Shown here in pieces: positions 33,280 to 38,577 of a stretch of DNA of 38,577 nucleotides. The translations under genes were made by a program, and so were the position numbers. The stretch spans positions 128,001-166,577 of the IMG/VR virus record IMGVR_UViG_3300020057_001228; one strand, given 5' to 3'. This DNA comes from a virus. Taxonomy: Duplodnaviria; Heunggongvirae; Uroviricota; Caudoviricetes. The first letter of the stretch is position 1; every line of letters begins with the position of its first letter. The notes under the pieces are model-generated. The model searched no databases. It saw nothing but the letters and a program-made list of their open reading frames with translations, and had not been told where the DNA came from.

Positions 33280-35208
33280 TTAGCCAAGTACCTTCTTGCG
33301 CGCATGTGTGAGAACATCGATTTGTTCTTGCAGATAAGTGCCGATGTCAGCACCTCTGTTGAACTCTATACCCATCAAAGTCAAAGCCCTGACTAGCTGC
33401 TGACCCTTCATGAACATATCAAACACACCACGCACAGAGCTAAGAATACGAATACTCTTTACTGCGCCTGCATGTGTGACGTTCTTCTTGATCAGGTCAA
33501 CGTCGTTGTTCAGATAGCTACCAATAGATAGCACACCACCAACAGTTGCGAGGTCTGTTGTCTCTCTATACATATAGAAAGATTCAGCCGAACCTCTAAC
33601 ACCAGAGGGCAATTGGATAGTCAGAGAACCAGACACGAGGTCAACCTTTATAGGTTCACTACGACGTCTAGTAATACTGAAGACCAAGTCCTCGTAGACA
33701 CCAGTTGCTTCGTCCTTCATAGGGAACGCCCAGTAGCGTGAGATAGACTGTGTGTCTACCACGTTACCAAAGGGCCCTACTCTGTTCTGGTTGGTGGTCT
33801 GCTGACGAAGTCTATCTGCTCTAGAGTCCAGATCGAGTGCGTCAAACTGTGCTTGATACTGGGCCAACTCCATAATCACCCCGTCAGGCATAACTATGTC
33901 GTTAAACTCCAAGTAGCACTTTGGCATGAACATCAGACTATGCTGCAGTCTATGCTCTAACTGATCCGGAGCACTAGAACACAGATAACCATCATCATAG
34001 GCTTTCAGTACAACAGCGTTGTACCAACCACCATGACCCTGTTTGACTCTGATCCTAGATCCAGTGACCAAGTCTTCAGCTGTAGCACCCTTGATCACCA
34101 TGAACCTACGATTAGCAGGTAGATCAGCTGCATTACTGTACAACTGCAATGGGTGCAAGTAGAAAGGTAGAGTGTTACCAAGCATCTCAAACTTCAAGAA
34201 GCCATGCTCTCTACCCTTGTACACGATCTTGTTAGGATACAGGCCACCGTATGCATTAGTATTGATAACCAATGCATGTTCGTCTATCACTAGAGTGGCA
34301 GCATACTCCTCAGCCTTCTCGATAAGCTTAGCCGAAGCTTGCTTCCGTAAAGGCTCACCTTGGGTACCAAAGGTATGTCGGCCAGCAATCTGTGCAATGA
34401 CAGCCTCGTACTGCCTTAGAACACCACCAGCGTGGGATATGTTGTCATACAGAGAGATAACCTTATCGGCCTCTGTATTTGCATTCATATACCCACCCTT
34501 AGGGTAGTCCTTGTATTCATCGGAGCAGTGAAGTTCTGTGCACCAACCAACCCTAGGTGGAGTGGACATCAAGATATCCATACGCCTAGTCTTCGGTCTG
34601 TAGATCCAGAGCTTACCATCGATCTTTGAAACAGGGATGATCACGTCGTTGTGGAACACAAGAACGTTGGTATCCGGTCTGGCCTCAAAGTTGATAACCC
34701 TAGACTTCACTACACCTAAGAACCAGGAGTCCTCTAGCTTGATATGGTTACTCCCATCACTGAATCTAGATCCACCCTTCAAGATGGATACTAGTTCAGC
34801 GTCTGAGTGACAACCAACAGCTGTGTAGCCCGTGGTAGCAAGCTGGGCACTTACCTTGAGTTCAAGTTTACCCTGAGTCTCAAAGTACATCTGGTTAGTG
34901 CCAGACTTGATCACGCCATACTTACCCTCAGCATCCTTCAGGAGAAACTGGAAGTATAGAACATCCATAGCTACAAAGAACGCAACGTGTACAGCTGGGG
35001 ATTTGTTCAGACGAACAACAGCTACCGTTGGGTGAGGCAGACTAACCAAAGTGGCGTCTATACCCCCCAGGCCCACCTCTATAGATGTCCTGAGGGAGTC
35101 AGACCTAGGAGCAAAATAAGAACCACTGTCACCAGGGGCCTTTGCTACCGGTAGAAGATCAATCTCACTCTGGAGTTTGAGTTCTACTTGTTGACCAATC
35201 TGGCCCAT
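33280..35208 (-). CDS. large hypothetical protein, distant paralog of the E2-fusion protein
   Basis: 642 aa; coupled to the JAB and E1 genes; three segments align with 29470..31716 (see findings). Confidence 0.75.
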   Translation of the reverse strand: MGQIGQQVELKLQSEIDLLPVAKAPGDSGSYFAPRSDSLRTSIEVGLGGIDATLVSLPHPTVAVVRLNKSPAVHVAFFVAMDVLYFQFLLKDAEGKYGVIKSGTNQMYFETQGKLELKVSAQLATTGYTAVGCHSDAELVSILKGGSRFSDGSNHIKLEDSWFLGVVKSRVINFEARPDTNVLVFHNDVIIPVSKIDGKLWIYRPKTRRMDILMSTPPRVGWCTELHCSDEYKDYPKGGYMNANTEADKVISLYDNISHAGGVLRQYEAVIAQIAGRHTFGTQGEPLRKQASAKLIEKAEEYAATLVIDEHALVINTNAYGGLYPNKIVYKGREHGFLKFEMLGNTLPFYLHPLQLYSNAADLPANRRFMVIKGATAEDLVTGSRIRVKQGHGGWYNAVVLKAYDDGYLCSSAPDQLEHRLQHSLMFMPKCYLEFNDIVMPDGVIMELAQYQAQFDALDLDSRADRLRQQTTNQNRVGPFGNVVDTQSISRYWAFPMKDEATGVYEDLVFSITRRRSEPIKVDLVSGSLTIQLPSGVRGSAESFYMYRETTDLATVGGVLSIGSYLNNDVDLIKKNVTHAGAVKSIRILSSVRGVFDMFMKGQQLVRALTLMGIEFNRGADIGTYLQEQIDVLTHARKKVLG

Positions 35209-36275
35209 GTGCTCTCCGTTGCTGGTTCAGTGATACCAGCATCTTGCTGCTCTAGTTCAGCAAGCAAAGCGATATCACGAGGGTCGATAGGCAGATCATC
35301 AAGAGGAAGATCTTCACCTTCATAGAGATGGGGATATTGTCTTCTGAGGCGAGCGTCGATTGCGTCTTCTTCCCCTGGGGACAGAGGAGCCCTGGCGCCC
35401 GCCCATGCTCGGTCCCAGTCCGCATCCTCCGACGCTTGACTTCCCCGGTGGGAACCATAGTCAGCAGCAGCAGGAGCTCCCTTAGGAAGCCACGCACTGT
35501 TAGGTCCACCTACAGGAGCAGGAGCCCCCTTAGTGACCGTAGCAGCCTTGTAGGTATCCTTGACGACCTGATCCAGAACTGACTGGTGAGGCTTGTAGTA
35601 CTCGATAGGTTCGATGTCAAACACCTGGTGTGCAGGAAGCACGAACCGTGTATGACGAACTACCAATGAGCATGCTAAAGCAGGAATGGGATCCAAGACC
35701 TTACCAAAGGTGACGTGGAATCCATTGATGGGTAGCTCATTGATGTTGTCACCACCGGACCAGAAGGCACCCATCATACCGTGACTGTGTGCTGAACCAG
35801 CTAGGACCCACCCCTTGGTGTTGTCGATGTCTGCTTCTTCACCTGTCTCAAGGTTGAGGATACGTCCGACACTAAGGTCATAGCTAGCCTGTCCACCAGA
35901 ACACTTCTGACTCGGGATGACTGTCTGCCATTCTGTTGTGTTCTTGTTGTAGTAGAACAGGACGACTGCTTCAGTCTTCTGCTGTTCATAGATGTACTTG
36001 AAGAGATCACGAGTAGCTTCGAACAGGCGCCCTGGAATCTTTAGGGCTGACTGTTGAACGACAGGCGTGATTTCTCTGGTCTTACGAGTGTCTTTGACAA
36101 GGGCCGTACCAAAGATGGTAGGAACCTTAATGAATCGTCCACCGTCTCCGATAACCGTATCGAAGTCTTCGAGCTTCTCGATCTGCTCAAGCTCCCATGC
36201 GATCTCCTGGTTAGGATCGACAGCGGGCGGAAGTGGTGCCAATTCACCGGACTGCCGCATTCCTCTCTTAGACAT
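35184..36275 (-). CDS. JAB/MPN+ metalloisopeptidase (PRTRC protein A-like) with low-complexity C-terminal tail
   Basis: Upstream Glu (TEAVV), IPSQ, and the JAMM motif HSH-x7-S-x2-D (HSHGMMGAFWSGGD). Start ATG 36275 after GGAGG. Confidence 0.9.
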   Translation of the reverse strand: MSKRGMRQSGELAPLPPAVDPNQEIAWELEQIEKLEDFDTVIGDGGRFIKVPTIFGTALVKDTRKTREITPVVQQSALKIPGRLFEATRDLFKYIYEQQKTEAVVLFYYNKNTTEWQTVIPSQKCSGGQASYDLSVGRILNLETGEEADIDNTKGWVLAGSAHSHGMMGAFWSGGDNINELPINGFHVTFGKVLDPIPALACSLVVRHTRFVLPAHQVFDIEPIEYYKPHQSVLDQVVKDTYKAATVTKGAPAPVGGPNSAWLPKGAPAAADYGSHRGSQASEDADWDRAWAGARAPLSPGEEDAIDARLRRQYPHLYEGEDLPLDDLPIDPRDIALLAELEQQDAGITEPATESTWARLVNK

Positions 36276-36363
36276 TAAACCTCCATTAGTGTGTATCTTT
36301 GGGTTGCTAAAACAGCTAAGCTGTATCAAAGATATACATAGGCTTGGAGGCCGCTATAGAAAC

Positions 36364-36405
36364 GTTGAGAGGTAGGGAAGGCCAAAGCCCTCACCTACCC
36401 TCAAC
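36364..36405 (-). terminator. long stem-loop upstream of the Ubl operon
   Basis: GTTGAG-GGTAGG-TGAGGGC-TTTG-GCCTTC-CCTACC-T-CTCAAC followed by GTTTCT. Confidence 0.55.
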
Positions 36406-36432
36406 CTGGTGGCGATCAGAAGTCTTGAAAGA

Positions 36433-36762
36433 TCAGATCGAACCAGATGAAACCTTAGAACCGTTGACGAATATCCAGTAGCCCATCTGTAGCTTCGATA
36501 CTGTCATGTGGCAAGCCACAGATATACCTTCAAGCATTCCAGTTGCTTCGTCTTCACTCTTGTGAATGAGGACAATATGGCTACCCATGGCGCCGGTGTT
36601 CTGATCAGTCTTCAGAGCAAGCCGAAGCTTCGCTAGACTGGCGGGCTCGCCTGCAAAGAGGGTTACCACTTTATCAGGGAAGTTCTGTTTCACATACGCC
36701 TGCAAGAGGGTCTCTTCCCCAAGCACACATAGGCGAGACTGGAGTGGTTGCTGAGACATCAT
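36433..36762 (-). CDS. hypothetical protein
   Basis: Start moved to ATG 36762 (AAGGA RBS). Confidence 0.6.
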   Translation of the reverse strand: MMSQQPLQSRLCVLGEETLLQAYVKQNFPDKVVTLFAGEPASLAKLRLALKTDQNTGAMGSHIVLIHKSEDEATGMLEGISVACHMTVSKLQMGYWIFVNGSKVSSGSI

Positions 36763-37108
36763 ATGGTTGGATCCTTTCAACATCAATACCGGCCATAAGT
36801 AGTTCGTGATTCACAGCCTCCAATAAAGCAGCTGCAACAGCCGCTCTTGCTCTGACTGCGGGATCATTCTCCGCTGGCCTACCTACGAACTTCCATTCGC
36901 CTTCTTGAGTTCTTCGCCAGTTGGACGCCTTAGCATAATGCTCTAGCGTATTTAGAACGGCGTTCCTAACCCGTTCGAAGCTTCGTCGTCGCTCTTCAAG
37001 TTCAGCGACGATCATTGGTAAGTAGTTGAGTGCGTTCTCTATTTCATCTGCACTAGACGCAGCAGTAACCTGTTTGAGATTATTAATCTCCTTAGCAGGA
37101 ACCCTCAC
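36674..37108 (-). CDS. hypothetical helical protein
   Basis: GTGA coupling to the upstream gene; GAGGG RBS. Confidence 0.65.
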   Translation of the reverse strand: MRVPAKEINNLKQVTAASSADEIENALNYLPMIVAELEERRRSFERVRNAVLNTLEHYAKASNWRRTQEGEWKFVGRPAENDPAVRARAAVAAALLEAVNHELLMAGIDVERIQPYDVSATTPVSPMCAWGRDPLAGVCETELP

Positions 37109-37584
37109 GTAACCCTCTTAAAGACTATGAAGTCTTCTATGTACTCAATGTCACTATAACCATTATGTAGCAGGATTGCGGTGAAACATCTGGCCACAGG
37201 TGTATAGCGCCATAACTGAGTGGGGTCAGCTACTATCCGGTCTTCGTATCTTGCGGCTATCACCTCATCTTCAAGGACGTACTGTGGTCTCCCATACGAT
37301 GAGTACTGGTGAGATGCAATCTCATAGGAGAAGACAGATTCGTACTCGCCTTTGAAGCGGGTTATATCAGTCGTTGCAATCTTTTTGTTTTCGAGCTTAT
37401 CGCAGTAAGAGCTTGAAGATGTCAGTGCGACACCTAGCTCCATGTACGTTGTTTCTATGTAGAGTTGGGGTGGTTGCCCAGAACCTGTAACAAAGTAGTT
37501 GACCACTCTGACAATGTTCTTGGGCAACCTGGTGAGCGACTCAGGTGTAAGGAGGTTGGCCTCTTGTAGAAAGATATCTAGCAA
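37105..37584 (-). CDS. hypothetical protein
   Basis: TTG start with strong GGGGAGGT RBS. Confidence 0.7.
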   Translation of the reverse strand: MLDIFLQEANLLTPESLTRLPKNIVRVVNYFVTGSGQPPQLYIETTYMELGVALTSSSSYCDKLENKKIATTDITRFKGEYESVFSYEIASHQYSSYGRPQYVLEDEVIAARYEDRIVADPTQLWRYTPVARCFTAILLHNGYSDIEYIEDFIVFKRVT

Positions 37585-37608
37585 ACCAACCTCCCCTTAG
37601 GCTACTAC

Positions 37609-38043
37609 TTATCCCTCGCGGAACAGAGCAACCAATGCACCAAAGTTAGGCTCCTTGATAGAACCTGTCATTCTAATCGGATCTGTGTCGGACCCAATAT
37701 ACACAGTAACAGGAAGCCTGCCCTGTGTGACAGCCCTAGACGGACGAGTGGGAGTTGCTGGCTTGGCTACCGCCACTGGAGCCTGAGGAGCTGGGATAGC
37801 GACACCGTTATTAGCGGCTGCTAGCTCTGCGTCTCTGACACTCTTGTAGTCAATCAACTGATTCAGCTGTGCTCCAGTTACGAAGCGCAGAGGGTGCCCA
37901 CCACGAGGGTTGGGACGGTTGACTGCTTCAATGTTCAGCTTGCTGATCCAGGATGCAATCGTTGTGTACGACACGTCCAGAGCGGACGCTACTTCGTTGA
38001 AGTTGTACATTTCGATCTTTTTGCGGGTTGCTGTTGCTACCAT
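37609..38043 (-). CDS. MerR/excisionase-like helix-turn-helix protein
   Basis: YNFNEVASALDVSYTTIASWISKLNI...R...G..LRFVT..QL; start ATG 38043 after GAGGA. Confidence 0.75.
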   Translation of the reverse strand: MVATATRKKIEMYNFNEVASALDVSYTTIASWISKLNIEAVNRPNPRGGHPLRFVTGAQLNQLIDYKSVRDAELAAANNGVAIPAPQAPVAVAKPATPTRPSRAVTQGRLPVTVYIGSDTDPIRMTGSIKEPNFGALVALFREG

Positions 38044-38202
38044 GTTGTTCCTCACATTTGCGATAGTGATGCTACGTTTCTAGCTATTCAGTCGTTACGA
38101 CCTTACACGGAAGTTATCCGTTTCAATAGCGTAGACCTGTACCTTAGCCCTACAGGGGCTCCTGTGTACATGGTTGGTATAAAGTCTACCGCCTATGATA
38201 AG

Positions 38203-38577
38203 TCACTTGATCTTGAGCCCGCCATAGAGCTCTAGGAGAACGTCGTCCACTTCCATTACTTCACCGTGCTCCACACAGACACCATCAGCATACTCATGCT
38301 CTCCCATAGAGGGATCGCTGAAGTAGACACTGATCTGTCCGTCGTAATCAATGGTAATCTCAACGTCTCTTTTGTTGACATGCCATTCGATCTGAACACC
38401 ACCATCCCCCAAGGGAACGATACTCGGTGAGGATAGGTTATCAGGCATACCATCTACCAGCTTGATAGCTGCTGCAATGGATACCTCAGAGATCTCATGA
38501 CCTCCATAACTATCCCAGTTTGCTTCTAGCTCCCTGAGTGACTCAATGGAAGCCTTAGTGCTAGTCTTGGAAAACAT
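38203..38577 (-). CDS. conserved-looking hypothetical protein (5' end may extend beyond the window)
   Basis: L.EL..NWDSYG...I...A..L......P.IVP..DGGVQIEW is a pattern I recognise from uncharacterised proteins; function unknown. Confidence 0.7.
   Translation of the reverse strand: MFSKTSTKASIESLRELEANWDSYGGHEISEVSIAAAIKLVDGMPDNLSSPSIVPLGDGGVQIEWHVNKRDVEITIDYDGQISVYFSDPSMGEHEYADGVCVEHGEVMEVDDVLLELYGGLKIK

Noticed and set aside
22613-37170. Identical heptapeptide LHNGYSD in ORFs 22478..22813 and 37105..37584
   Set aside because: There is no flanking similarity, and one such match among all protein pairs in 38 kb is compatible with chance.
38094-38171. 25-codon ORF MYTGAPVGAKVQVYAIETDNFRVRS and hairpin AGCCCC-TGTA-GGGGCT
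   Set aside because: No RBS and no U-tract; too little evidence for either a gene or a terminator.
1-38577. Apparent abundance of CTAG/AGCT/GTAC palindromes
   Set aside because: A rough count of CTAG in the first 2 kb was about what random expectation gives; a proper k-mer analysis is needed before claiming any bias.

Overview
This is a gene-dense, roughly mid-GC segment of a large lytic dsDNA bacteriophage, probably with a contractile tail since it carries a PAAR gene. Almost all genes lie on the minus strand. From left to right it contains: (i) replication genes (DnaN-like sliding clamp running off the left edge, family A DNA polymerase); (ii) dNTP supply (class II RNR, DHFR, ThyA, later dUTPase), with a ~180-nt highly structured non-coding segment between thyA and DHFR; (iii) ClpS, a DUF3307-like membrane protein and an RNA-repair cluster (PNKP, stand-alone NAD-ligase Ia domain, Rnl1-type RNA ligase); (iv) scattered putative virion genes; (v) two paralogous MoxR-type AAA+ / HExxH-vWA modules; (vi) a five-gene ubiquitin-like conjugation operon. 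The operon order is JAB peptidase, large paralog of the E2 protein, ThiF/E1, beta-grasp Ubl precursor, large Prok-E2 fusion. It is the best candidate for an undescribed system: the Ubl tail hexapeptide VATTGT recurs at the extreme C-terminus of the E2 protein with different codons, and the two large proteins are hidden paralogs. Other leads are the structured RNA and a dispersed set of about 12 small ORFans that appear to share a C-terminal amphipathic/basic helix. No tRNA, CRISPR array, integrase, intron or intein was recognised. All family assignments come from motif recognition by eye; no database search was run.
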